The position numbers and the translations under genes were made by a program. 64,000 bases of DNA, taken from the NCBI GenBank assembly GCA_951406725.2, contig OX597815.1:22878001-22942000 (forward strand), read 5' to 3'. Origin of the DNA: Octopus vulgaris. Taxonomy: Eukaryota. Within the stretch, counting starts at the first letter, position 1. Every line of letters starts with the position of its first letter. The notes under the pieces were generated by a model. It was not told the DNA's origin. It searched no databases and saw only the letters and a program-made list of their open reading frames with translations. Below are positions 63,473 to 64,000 of this stretch, one piece after another.

Positions 63473-63671
63473 ACTCTTTTACTTGCTTCAGTCATTTGAC
63501 TGCGGCTATGCTGGAGCACCACCTTTAATCGAGCAACTCGACCCCCGGGACTTATTCTTTGTAAGCCCAGTACTTATTCTATCGGTCTCTTTTGCCGAAC
63601 CGCTAAGTAACAGGGACATAAACACACCAGCATCGGTTGTCAAGCAATGCTAGGGGGACAAACACACACAC

Positions 63672-63714
<43 letters not shown>

Positions 63715-63881
63715 CACATATATACGACGGGCTTCTTTCAGTTTCCGCCTACCAAATCCACTCACAAGGCATTGGTCGCTCGAGGCTATAGTAGAAGACA
63801 CTTGCCCAAGGTGCCACGCAGTGGGACTGAACCTGGAACCATGTGGTTGGTAAACAAGCTACTTACCACACAGCCACTCCT
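63473..63881 (-). mobile_element. SINE family A
   Basis: Full reverse match. Confidence 0.9.
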
Positions 63882-64000
63882 GGTGATAAAATAAATTATT
63901 CCATGACTCCTCAGCTTTTGCTTTCTAGCTTAGGAAAGTGGTATTAGTTATGAAAGGAGAATGCTATGGCTTATAATTCATCAGATCTGGAGTTCAATCC

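Overview
AT-rich, microsatellite-laden eukaryotic DNA, not prokaryotic. The repeat content (tRNA-derived SINEs with internal (TA)n, Nin/Deu-domain SINEs, RTE-tailed retroposons, Penelope elements) most resembles an octopus/coleoid cephalopod genome; this is inference. Most of the window is transposon debris: roughly 45 SINE/retroposon copies in 4-5 modular families; LINE fragments (CR1, RTE, Tx1); Penelope-like elements with RT/GIY-YIG remnants; a near full-length decayed mariner; a pogo/Tigger relic; non-autonomous Helitrons; and MITEs with Merlin-like (GG ends, 8-bp TSD), piggyBac-like (TTAA) and MULE-like signatures. A few short minus-strand exon candidates (4241-4287, 21072-21117, 25792-25910, 29031-29183, 60681-60800) and two CpG-preserved zones (~7.7-8.8 kb, ~41.4-49 kb) suggest parts of up to three tandem minus-strand genes. 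I cannot identify their products. Most notable: (i) minimal hammerhead ribozyme motifs in Penelope-derived pLTR pieces lodged in (TA)n tracts, several forming fold-backs; (ii) many long inverted repeats in probable introns/UTRs that would form dsRNA, possible ADAR substrates. Almost all ORFs in the supplied track are artefacts of repeats. Coordinates were read by eye; repeat boundaries are approximate unless TSD/TIR sequences are quoted.
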